Shown here in pieces: positions 1 through 9,084 of a stretch of DNA of 64,000 bases. Source of the DNA: Candidatus Helarchaeota archaeon (GTDB lineage Archaea > Asgardarchaeota > Lokiarchaeia > Helarchaeales > RDOG01). The stretch spans positions 672,001-736,000 of the forward strand of contig JAHPZH010000002.1 in NCBI GenBank assembly GCA_019058315.1, written 5' to 3'. A model generated the notes under the pieces. The model was not told where the DNA came from. It worked only from the letters and a program-made list of their open reading frames with translations, and did no database searches. A program made the translations under genes and the position numbers. How positions within the stretch are numbered: position 1 is the first letter of the stretch; every line of letters starts with the position of its first letter.

Positions 1-669
1 CTTGGATTCTTTGAATATCAATTAAATCTTGAAGTTTGGGCTCATTCGCAAGAAGAATTAGATTTTGTCACTAAAAAATTAGATGAAATCGTATTGGAAC
101 AATATACTAAGAAGGCTAAAGGAAAAATTTCGGAACAAAAATTACATCCCATACAAATCGCTAGTCGTCTTAAAAAACCGAATAAAATAGCAATTCCATA
201 TGGTCAATGGGAGCAAGGTTTTATATTCGTAACGTGGTATACCCCTTGGGCTGACGCTGCTGAATGTATGGAAAAATACTGTGCAACAATGGAAAAACAC
301 AAATTCCCACCTGTCATGTGGTTTGCTAGTATAGATCACTGCAGAGAATGTATTATAATGCCTATATTCTGTTTTGATACACGAAAAATAGAAGATTATG
401 AACGGTTTGAAGCTTGTGAAGATGAATTCACAGATTGGGCATTAAAACGGGGTTTTGTCAATTATAGACCAAATCCAACGATACATGCACCAAAATCATA
501 TGCAAAAGCTCCAACAGAATTCAAATTATTAAGACAAATTAAAAAAATTATTGATCCAAACATGATAATGCACCCTGGCAGGCTTGCATTTCTAGCTGGC
601 GTTGAAAAACCTGAAGATATTCCTCAACATATTGTTGGATTTAGAAAATCCAAAAAACAGGAGGCTTAA
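1..669 (+). CDS. FAD-linked oxidase/dehydrogenase, C-terminal part (GlcD/D-lactate dehydrogenase family); 5'-truncated by the window
   Basis: Frame is open from base 1. C-terminal 'IKKIIDPNMIMHPGRL' matches the KxxxDPxxIxNPGK motif of FAD-linked oxidases. Directly upstream of a GlcF/HdrD-like gene. Confidence 0.75.
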   Translation, partial: LGFFEYQLNLEVWAHSQEELDFVTKKLDEIVLEQYTKKAKGKISEQKLHPIQIASRLKKPNKIAIPYGQWEQGFIFVTWYTPWADAAECMEKYCATMEKHKFPPVMWFASIDHCRECIIMPIFCFDTRKIEDYERFEACEDEFTDWALKRGFVNYRPNPTIHAPKSYAKAPTEFKLLRQIKKIIDPNMIMHPGRLAFLAGVEKPEDIPQHIVGFRKSKKQEA

Positions 670-671
670 AC

Positions 672-2177
672 TTGACTGAGATTAAAGAAAAAGTAGGCGG
701 AAAGAAAAGATTAGAAGAATTAAAAGCAGAACTTTATCGTTGCATCCATTGCAGAGCTTGCCGCTTTTCGTATAGTGGAGAACCTGACAGAAAAGGAATA
801 GGTGAACACAAAGGAGTACTATATGAAGGTATGCTTGATGGATGTCCCGCAGGTCATCATTTTGGATGGGAAGGATTTTGGAATGCTGGAAGAATGTGGA
901 TGGCTAGGGCAGTTTTAGAAGGAGACTTGGACCTTGAAGATGAAAAAACAAAACAACAGATGTATGAGATTCTTTTTAGATGTCCAACTTGTGGTAATTG
1001 TAGTATGCAATGCGAAAATAATCTTCCTACAGTCGATATAAACGAAGCTCTTAGGGCTTGTTTATATGAGGCTGGAGTTGAAATGCTCCCAAAACATTCG
1101 GGTTTAAGAAAATTAATAGATGCAAAAAATAATCCTTATAATGAAGAACATTCTCAACGTACAGATTGGGTTCCTGATAAGGCTGTGATTGATGATCCTG
1201 ATGCAAAAATTGCTTATTATGTAGGATGTACTGCATCATACAGAATGAAAGCCATGGCTAACGCAACTGTCGAACTTCTTAATAAATTAGTTAAAAAGGG
1301 AATAATTCCAAAATATACTATATTAACTGATGAAGTATGTTGTGGCAGTGTAGTATTTAGAACTGGACAATGGGATGTTGCAAAAAAAGTAGCTAATGAA
1401 AATATTAAGAATTTCAATAAATTTGAAAAAGTTTTATTCAGTTGTGCAGGATGCCACCGAACTTTTAAAATTGATTATCCAAAATTTGGAGAACAGCCAC
1501 CCAAGTATCAAGCTCTACATGTGGTTGAATTTTTAGCCGATTACCTGACTATTCACTGTCCTGCTTGTGGTAAATATAATGATCTAGGTTCTGAACACTG
1601 TGGAAACGATTTTTGTCCTAAATACTCAAAAAATGGGGAAAAATTCCCACCAGAATTAACCGAAAATAAAATAATAATTACAAAAAAATGGGATAAAGGT
1701 CCAGTTACTTGGCATGATCCATGCCATACAATAAGACACATGTGTCACTCATTAAAAGATGAAGCAATTGAACAAACAACTGGTGAAGGTAATGATAACA
1801 TGTGGAAAGTTTATGTACCCTCAATATTCGAAAGACAACGTTGGATAGAAATGCCCCGTGCAATTATGCGAGCAATTCCAGGACTTGAACTTAAGGAAAT
1901 GTATAGAATTGGCGAAAATTCTCTATGCTGTGGTGCTGGTGGAGGTGTTAAAGCTGGTTATCCCGACTTTGCTTGGGATTGTGCAAACGAAAGACTTGAA
2001 GAAGCCGATGCGACGGGTGCAGGAATCGTTATGACCATGTGTCCATTCTGCGAATTAAACATGGGTCAAGCTGCACGTGAAGGTAAGGATGGAAGTCCTG
2101 AAGGTGCATCCGTTGGTGGTAAATATAAAGGTAAAGTTTTGGATCTATTAGAAGTCTTAAATGAAATGATAGATTAA
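672..2177 (+). CDS. Fe-S oxidoreductase, GlcF/HdrD-like (4Fe-4S dicluster plus two CCG domains)
   Basis: CIHCRAC...CP and CPTCGNC...C ferredoxin motifs; YYVGC, EVCCG, SCAGC, WHDPCH, LCCGAGGG and TMCPFC CCG-domain motifs. Confidence 0.9.
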   Translation: MTEIKEKVGGKKRLEELKAELYRCIHCRACRFSYSGEPDRKGIGEHKGVLYEGMLDGCPAGHHFGWEGFWNAGRMWMARAVLEGDLDLEDEKTKQQMYEILFRCPTCGNCSMQCENNLPTVDINEALRACLYEAGVEMLPKHSGLRKLIDAKNNPYNEEHSQRTDWVPDKAVIDDPDAKIAYYVGCTASYRMKAMANATVELLNKLVKKGIIPKYTILTDEVCCGSVVFRTGQWDVAKKVANENIKNFNKFEKVLFSCAGCHRTFKIDYPKFGEQPPKYQALHVVEFLADYLTIHCPACGKYNDLGSEHCGNDFCPKYSKNGEKFPPELTENKIIITKKWDKGPVTWHDPCHTIRHMCHSLKDEAIEQTTGEGNDNMWKVYVPSIFERQRWIEMPRAIMRAIPGLELKEMYRIGENSLCCGAGGGVKAGYPDFAWDCANERLEEADATGAGIVMTMCPFCELNMGQAAREGKDGSPEGASVGGKYKGKVLDLLEVLNEMID

Positions 2178-2582
2178 ATCTTTTTCACTTTTTTTCTCTA
2201 TTTTTTTAAAATTCGATTAAAATAACTAAAATTAAACATACTTTAATGTTAAATTGTAATATAGGGATATTACATCATTTAATATCGCTTGATCATAACC
2301 AAAACAATCATGAATATAATTAAGACTGGTTCACTCCTAATTTCAGGAAGGGTATCTAAAGAAAAAATAGCAATTCTTACTGAAAATTTTGAGAATTATC
2401 TTAATAAGAATTATAAAATCATTGCAAAACTTCCAAATCCTGAAGGAAATGCTGCAATGAGAAAAAATTTTCAAATTCTCTATTATTTACAACATAAAAA
2501 AAGATAAAAATTATCTAAACAATTCAGTATTATTAAGATAGCTCCTTAATTTCTATTTAGTAGTGATATTGAATAATATTAT

Positions 2583-3659
2583 TTGGAAACCCTTATGAAT
2601 AAAATTAAAAGTAAAAAAGAAAAACGAGCAATAGAGGAGCTAAAACAAAATTATATCTTCTATGATTCACAATATTCAGTCGATAATAAGGGTTATATAA
2701 GCGTAATAAAATTAGAAAGTGTAGGAGTAAATGAAATTCCCGTGCTTATTGAAGAATTTCCTCATTTAAAAGAATTATGGCTAAATGGCAATAAAGAAAT
2801 CCCTAAAATAGAGGGATTAGAAGAACTTATTCACTTAAAACTGTTAAATCTTAGTGATAATCAGATAAATAAGATAGAAGGATTAGAAAATCTCACCGAA
2901 TTAAAATCTTTATACCTTTTTGGCAATCAAGTAAAAAAAATTGAGGGATTAGAAAATCTTTCACAATTGGAAGATTTATCTCTTGGGATGAATCAAATTA
3001 CAAAAATAGAGCGGTTAGAGCACCTTTTACAATTAAAGGACTTAGATCTTTATTTAAACCAAATTATGAAAATAGAGGGGCTAGAAAAACTTACTAAATT
3101 AGAAAAACTGAATTTGACTGATAATCAAATATCAAAAATTGAAGGATTAGAGAATAATTCTCAATTAGAACGATTAGATATTAGTTATAATTATATTTAT
3201 AAATTAGATGGTTTAAATAACCTCACCAATTTACAAGAATTAAATCTTTATGGAAATAGAATAACGAAGATAGAGGGATTAGAAAAACTATCTAAATTAA
3301 AATCATTAGATCTTAATCATAATCTAATCACAAAAATAGAAGGTTTACATAATCTGACAAACTTGGAGACTTTATTTCTTCATAATAATAAAATAAAAAG
3401 AATTACTGGTCTCGGAAATCTCTCACAACTAAAAATTTTAAGGTTGGATGAAAACCCCTTATTTAAAGAGGAAGAAAAAATAAGTCGCCAAAGACCATTT
3501 GAATTAGTTGAATATTGTAGTAAGAAAGTAAAAATACTAGTTAAAAAACTAGAAATATTACAATCAAAAATTAACAGCCGTGGTTTAAAACTAGCGGATT
3601 ATCAAGAAATCGAGAAACATATAGAGGAGTTAGATAGAAAGATAAATGATTTAACTTAA
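2583..3659 (+). CDS. Leucine-rich repeat protein (Sds22-like) with C-terminal helical hairpin
   Basis: About 10 repeats of LxxLxLxxNxIxKIEGLE. Confidence 0.9.
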   Translation: METLMNKIKSKKEKRAIEELKQNYIFYDSQYSVDNKGYISVIKLESVGVNEIPVLIEEFPHLKELWLNGNKEIPKIEGLEELIHLKLLNLSDNQINKIEGLENLTELKSLYLFGNQVKKIEGLENLSQLEDLSLGMNQITKIERLEHLLQLKDLDLYLNQIMKIEGLEKLTKLEKLNLTDNQISKIEGLENNSQLERLDISYNYIYKLDGLNNLTNLQELNLYGNRITKIEGLEKLSKLKSLDLNHNLITKIEGLHNLTNLETLFLHNNKIKRITGLGNLSQLKILRLDENPLFKEEEKISRQRPFELVEYCSKKVKILVKKLEILQSKINSRGLKLADYQEIEKHIEELDRKINDLT

Positions 3660-3693
3660 AGAATAGAAATTCATTAGATTAAGAGCTAAAGGA

Positions 3694-5334
3694 CTACTCA
3701 AAAACTTCTTTTATCAACTCACCCGCTGTTTCAAAGATTTTTACGTTTCCTTTCCAAGAATCTAACTCACTTTTAAATTTTAATTCAAATTTTAAAGTAA
3801 ATAATTTCAAAGTCTTTGAAATACTTTCAGTTGGACTGCCTTTTAATATTAAAGCACCTCTAACTTTATCTCTTTCTTCAATTACAATTTCAAAGTTCTT
3901 ATATGCTAATTTCGTCATCGAAGTTTCTTCATGAGCTAATTCTGAACCAAAACTTTGAATTCCTGTCAACAAACCACTTATCAGATTAGGATTTAGGGCT
4001 TTTTCTTTAAAATTATGTTCAAATAAAGATAAACCAGATTCTTTTTCAATAATCATTAAATATTCTAGAATTTTTTTATTGTATCTTTTTTCACAATTTT
4101 CAATCAATTGATATTTTTCTTCTATAAGTTCATTACATTGTTTTATTTGAGTTTTTTGTTCTGGAAAAGCTTGTTCGTAAGTTATTAAATTATTACAAGC
4201 AATTTGGTTCAATTCAGATAACCAGTTCAATATCTTAAATTCAAGTTCAATGCTTTCTTTTTCTGGAATGATCATTTCCTCTTGATATATTTTTTCTAGA
4301 TCTTTAATTAATTCGTTTGATTTTTCGATTATAGAAGATTCGGCAAAAGCTTTCTCTATTTTAGATTTAATTTCCTTAACTAGAATTAAGATTTCACCAA
4401 TTGTCCATTGTTCTTCGCAATAGTTAAATAATGTATTAATTCTTTGGATAATTTCGTTTGAATCAAGAATTTTTTGACTAATTTTTTCAATTTTTCCTTC
4501 AATTTTTAAGGCAGTTTCAAATGCTATATTTATTAGATTTTTTAAATATGCTAAAAATCCAGTAGCTTGTTTAAGATCTTTCGTCCAAACAGTCAAATAT
4601 GCATTTTTATTGTCAACTTTTGATTCGATAATCATTAAATCATTTGTAACCTTTGCAATTCCTGAATATAATCCCATTAATTCCCCGATAACTACTTCGG
4701 ACAAATCTAAGGCTGAAATTTGACCAATCATTAAATCAAATGCAGAGTTTTCATCAATAGTGAAAGGAATTTTAGCAGTCCCTTTTTTTAGATCCTTTTT
4801 AAGAGATTCAATTTCAGAGATTGTTGAATTTCTAGGTTCTACAAGAGGACATTTAATCCAAATTTCTTTTGGTGGAATAGCTAAAGAATGGGGATTTCCG
4901 AAGGGATCTATAAAAGTGCAGGAACCAAAAAGTTTTGACTTTCCACATGTTGAAGGAATTAGTTCAAAATCAACTCCTCTCGATTCATTAGGTTTTAATA
5001 TAGCAATATCCTTGATTCTTTCTAAAATTTCGTACTGTTCAGCTGGAATTAATGTGACACTTATATCTGTCAAAACAGTATTTGAAATATTTTGAACTGC
5101 TATTTTAAAACGAATAGCTCCTCCAACGTAATCATATGCCCTTGCAATTTTAATTAAGGAAGTGTCTGTTTCTTTTTTAGTAGGTTCTGTTGGTTTAGTT
5201 TCTGGAGTTTTAATTAATGTTTTTGGTGATTTTTCCGCAATTAAATCTATAATTTCTGAAATATCTTTAGAATTATCACGTTTTTGAGATTTTTTTTCCT
5301 CTGGATCTTCGTCCAACTTAGAATCCTTCTTCAA
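3694..5334 (-). CDS. Multidomain protein: Ig-like (GAE/appendage-like) plus platform-like subdomain, helical region and C-terminal longin domain
   Basis: Beta-sandwich pattern 'IRFKIAVQN...DISVTL...ILKPNESRGVDFELIP'. C-terminal 'LMIIEKESGLSLFEHNF...LISGLLTGIQSFGSEL...FELKFKSELDSWKGNVKIF' is a typical Asgard longin. Overlaps the upstream V4R gene by 17 nt. Confidence 0.65.
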   Translation of the reverse strand: MKKDSKLDEDPEEKKSQKRDNSKDISEIIDLIAEKSPKTLIKTPETKPTEPTKKETDTSLIKIARAYDYVGGAIRFKIAVQNISNTVLTDISVTLIPAEQYEILERIKDIAILKPNESRGVDFELIPSTCGKSKLFGSCTFIDPFGNPHSLAIPPKEIWIKCPLVEPRNSTISEIESLKKDLKKGTAKIPFTIDENSAFDLMIGQISALDLSEVVIGELMGLYSGIAKVTNDLMIIESKVDNKNAYLTVWTKDLKQATGFLAYLKNLINIAFETALKIEGKIEKISQKILDSNEIIQRINTLFNYCEEQWTIGEILILVKEIKSKIEKAFAESSIIEKSNELIKDLEKIYQEEMIIPEKESIELEFKILNWLSELNQIACNNLITYEQAFPEQKTQIKQCNELIEEKYQLIENCEKRYNKKILEYLMIIEKESGLSLFEHNFKEKALNPNLISGLLTGIQSFGSELAHEETSMTKLAYKNFEIVIEERDKVRGALILKGSPTESISKTLKLFTLKFELKFKSELDSWKGNVKIFETAGELIKEVFE

Positions 5335-6058
5335 TTGTTTCCTTTATCCGTTCCTCTAATTTATTTGGAGGGGCCATAACAAAACGACAATGTTTATGGT
5401 TCATTGCTCTACATTTAATTTCTTGGGAATCTAGCTCCAATCCAAAAGATACACTACACCATCCTGCACTATAACCACAATTCCATAAACAAATCGGTGT
5501 TTTTGATGTTGCCCCATTTTTTCGTATATAAACATCTGCTTCGAAACTTTGAGGATGATCATAACGAAGTAAATAATTCTCATTTGGTTCAGGATTAGAT
5601 GGAAGAAAAGAAACACGCGCATTACCTGTGAAAGCAAAATGGACGGGACCAGCTGAGAGTTTTGCTATCGGATCTGTTAAACCAATAGCATAAATAAATC
5701 GTCTTGCATCGCTTTGTCCAACAAATTTTGCTAATCGATAATAAAGTGTGTTAACCCTTTCAACAGGAATTTTTAAATCTTGGCTTAAAGCAAAGGGAAT
5801 GTTTTGAAATGATTCAGCACTTATTAGTAAGTATCTATGCCCTCCAATATGAATAGTTCCCTTTGTAGGATCCCATTCTATATTATCAAAAAATTTTGCT
5901 ACATTTTCCTCAGCTTTGGAAAATAATGGTTCGAATTCAGGTGGAACATCTACTGTTTGAACCTCATTCTCCCTCGAAGGTGGTGGAATATAGGGTCCAG
6001 ATTTAATAGCATCAGCTATATCTATATCCTTTTCTTTACGACGAAACCATTTAGGCAC
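5318..6058 (-). CDS. V4R / XylR N-terminal-like domain protein
   Basis: 'PICLWNCGYSAGWCSVSFG...EIKCRAMNHKHCRFVM' V4R cysteine motif; 'DPTKGTIHIGGHRYLLI' N-terminal motif. Confidence 0.85.
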   Translation of the reverse strand: MPKWFRRKEKDIDIADAIKSGPYIPPPSRENEVQTVDVPPEFEPLFSKAEENVAKFFDNIEWDPTKGTIHIGGHRYLLISAESFQNIPFALSQDLKIPVERVNTLYYRLAKFVGQSDARRFIYAIGLTDPIAKLSAGPVHFAFTGNARVSFLPSNPEPNENYLLRYDHPQSFEADVYIRKNGATSKTPICLWNCGYSAGWCSVSFGLELDSQEIKCRAMNHKHCRFVMAPPNKLEERIKETIEEGF

Positions 6059-6317
6059 AATATAACCCCAAAATTATTTTATTTTTACCTTAACTAATCT
6101 AAAAGAAGTATTCTTTTACTGGATTAGTTTATTCTATTTATAATAGTGATTTTTTGTGTATTATTTAGGAGGATTCAATATAAATATATGTAATAATATG
6201 TATTGACTCCTAATTTATTTTTACCCAGCCTCTATTACTTTAAATCAATTACAATATGCTACATATATTTAGATAATTTTAAGAAACAAAATTTTTATTG
6301 AATTAAAAAGTGGATAT

Positions 6318-8000
6318 TTAAGAAGATAATACTGCTAAAATTTTCTTCCAATAATACTCATTCTCCCAATTTTCGTTATTTTTTATTTTTTGAGATATTT
6401 CATGTAATACATCCCTGAACTTTAACGAATCAATATAATTTATTTTTGGAGCTATAATTCCTAACATATACGGACGTTCTTTCCCTCTAAAGTTCGGATC
6501 GGGTAAAGCATCAAAGAAAATGTAACCATCCATTTTGATATTTTCTATATTTAGTAAAATTCCCTGAGCCTCAGTAATATAGGCTTGACCATAAATAGAA
6601 CTAATTGCATTGTATAATTGAAATCCTATATCATTAATAGGAAAAGGGAATTTGTGTTCTTTTGGAAAATAATCTTTCAAATATGGACCCATTTTATCAT
6701 GCCAATCCATTAAAAATAATATTAAACTACTCTTTTCTTGATTCGAAATTGAAGGTTTGATTTCTATCTTTAATGATGAAAATAACTCTTTCATTTTTCT
6801 ATTAACCATTTGAATTTGCCTATTTCTTTTTTCTTGAGCCCGTTTCTGAGATGTAATATCAATTATTACCCCTCCTAATCCAATAAGTTCACCGCCTTTA
6901 TAAATTCGTCGAATATGAATCCTAGCCCAAAATTTTGACCCACCCTTTTTTTCCATTAAGTACTCTTTTGAGGTTAAATTTTTTCTTTTAAAACTAGAAT
7001 TAATATATGTCAAAGCTCTAGTTCTATCCTTAATGGATAAGAATTTTGAAAAATTTAATCCATCCTTAAACTCTTCATTCGAATAACCAAATTTTTCGAA
7101 TCCGCTTTTATTTATATAAACAAAATTTAAATTTTGATCAATTTCAAAAACTATACTTGGGAGTAAATCTAAGGTTTCTCTGTATTTTTCTTCAGATCTT
7201 TTTAACTTTTCTTCTGCAATATTTTGTTCGATTCTAAACTTCAATCGTTTTCCAATATCTTTTAATAATTTCTGTTCTTCTTCAAGAAATGGTCTATCCT
7301 CTAAATAAAAAACTTCAAGAATCATTAATTGGTCTGCTATTTCTATTTTAGATGTTATTTTCCATCCTGTTTCTTTGAATATTATTAATTTATATTCTTT
7401 ATCTCTATATATAATTCTCGTAGAAATTAATTTTGGATATTGAAAACCTGATGGGATTACACCAAGAATTTTGTAAATTAGTTCATCTAATGAAATATTG
7501 GGTTTATCAAGGATATTAGAAACTTTAAATATCGCATTTAACTTTTTAATTCGTTCTTGAAGCTTTTTTCCACTTTTAACTAACCTTAATTCTGCTCTTT
7601 TCTTTTTAGTTAACTCTATAAATATGACTAAAAGAGCTTTTTTTCTATTATAAATGACAAAATTAGTGTATATTTCAACCCATTTTATTTTTCCAGATTT
7701 AGTAATAATTTGTTCAATATAATATTTAATAAAATCCCTCCCTGTACGCATTATTTTTTTTGACCTTTCTATAATAACCGGTTTATCTTGAGGAAGAAAT
7801 ATTTTATAAAATTCATTTTTCGACCATTTAAGAATTTCTTTTACCGAATATCCCAGTAATTTTGCTATTGGGTTATTTGCATATTTGACTACATTATCTT
7901 GAATAATAAAAATTCCTACGGGAATTTTGCTGCTAATTATTTTAAACTTCTCTTCTGATTCTCCTAATTTTTCTTTCAAATTTTTTAATTCAATATTCAT
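6318..8000 (-). CDS. PAS-domain sensor with C-terminal uDENN/longin-like domain (no histidine kinase)
   Basis: Two PAS/PAC units ('YANNPIAKLLGYS...KSGKIKWVE' and 'YINKSGFEKFGYS...GVIIDIT'). C-terminus has 'DWHDKMGPYL..YFP' and 'DPNFRGKERPYMLGII'. Confidence 0.8.
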   Translation of the reverse strand: MNIELKNLKEKLGESEEKFKIISSKIPVGIFIIQDNVVKYANNPIAKLLGYSVKEILKWSKNEFYKIFLPQDKPVIIERSKKIMRTGRDFIKYYIEQIITKSGKIKWVEIYTNFVIYNRKKALLVIFIELTKKKRAELRLVKSGKKLQERIKKLNAIFKVSNILDKPNISLDELIYKILGVIPSGFQYPKLISTRIIYRDKEYKLIIFKETGWKITSKIEIADQLMILEVFYLEDRPFLEEEQKLLKDIGKRLKFRIEQNIAEEKLKRSEEKYRETLDLLPSIVFEIDQNLNFVYINKSGFEKFGYSNEEFKDGLNFSKFLSIKDRTRALTYINSSFKRKNLTSKEYLMEKKGGSKFWARIHIRRIYKGGELIGLGGVIIDITSQKRAQEKRNRQIQMVNRKMKELFSSLKIEIKPSISNQEKSSLILFLMDWHDKMGPYLKDYFPKEHKFPFPINDIGFQLYNAISSIYGQAYITEAQGILLNIENIKMDGYIFFDALPDPNFRGKERPYMLGIIAPKINYIDSLKFRDVLHEISQKIKNNENWENEYYWKKILAVLSS

Positions 8001-8436
8001 ATAAGTAATTCCCCGCTAATTTAAGATATTACTAAGCCATCAAATCAGAAACATTATCCTCTAAACAAATCTATGGTTCATTAAAACATTTTAGACCTAA
8101 ATTCCAAATTAATTATAAAAGAATTTTTAATAATTGTATGAAATTTAAAGAAACATTTCTTAAAAAGTTGTTGATTTATATTAAATAGATGTCGCTTACT
8201 CAATAAATTAAAATTATTAATAAATGCATTAAAAGCAATATTTATGAGTTAAAATGCTTTGATTTCTTTTATTATTTTCTTTTATTAAGTTTAAAGTCGC
8301 ATTTTTCTTTATTAAATAAAATAAAATGGTAAAACATATATCACTAGATCACTAGGACTTAATAGATCAAAATTTGAGTTTCTAGATAACCGATTTAATC
8401 AAGTTTAAATTTAAGATTCCAATCTATAATATTAAA

Positions 8437-8695
8437 TCAAAATGATTCTGAATTTTGGGGTTTCTTTCTTTTAGGCCGATTTAATAATATTAAAAAGTCG
8501 GTCTCTTCCCGAAAATTATTTATAGTTAAATTTATCTTTACACGATTTATTGCGAGTTTATCTCTTCTTAAATCCTCCATTTTATTCACCCAAATATTTA
8601 TTGAGATCAATCAGTTTGCTATCTTTCTTTTTCAATTTATTTTCTTTTTCTAATTTGTCAACTAGGTTTGATAATTTTTTTATAGTTTCATCCAT
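8437..8695 (-). other. Two abutting small ORFs (8582-8695, 37 aa; 8437-8580, 47 aa), or a decayed gene
   Basis: ATG-started MDETIKKLSNLVDKLEKE...LGE* is followed 1 nt later by MEDLRRDKLAINRVKINL...SESF*. Both are below the ORF-track cutoff. Confidence 0.3.
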
Positions 8696-8885
8696 CAAAA
8701 AATTCAAAAGAAAGGGAAAATTTAAGGTGTTAAGTAAATAAAATTTGACTAGTCCAATTGAATAAAGTTAGTAAATTGATTTTTACTTTCTAAAATTTGT
8801 CCATTCTCCCTTTCTTTGAGGATCATTTATAAAATTTTGGTAATGTTACAAAATTATATAGATGGAATGAAAAATGAGAAGATTC

Positions 8886-8975
8886 CGGAGTTACTGGAAT
8901 TTTTAGTATAGCTTGATAATTGTAGTACTAAGATAAAACATATAGAAAAAAGGATTATTTTCTTTCTATTTGTAT
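8886..8975 (-). pseudogene. Remnant of the 5' end (signal peptide) of the FG-GAP gene
   Basis: 'cggagttactggaattt..agtatagcttgataattgtagtactaaga.aaaacatatagaaa' nearly matches 13039-13134. Confidence 0.75.
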
Positions 8976-9084
8976 TTTATAAATTCTCCGTAGATTTAAT
9001 GGGATTTTTAAGAATTTTATGATGTTTGATTAATTCTTTAAAAAAATAAAAAAATTCATGTAATGAAAGACTTTATATCGAGGT

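Noticed and set aside
2289-2507. 72-aa ORF
   Set aside because: TTG start, no motif and AT-rich; possibly a gene fragment but unsupported.
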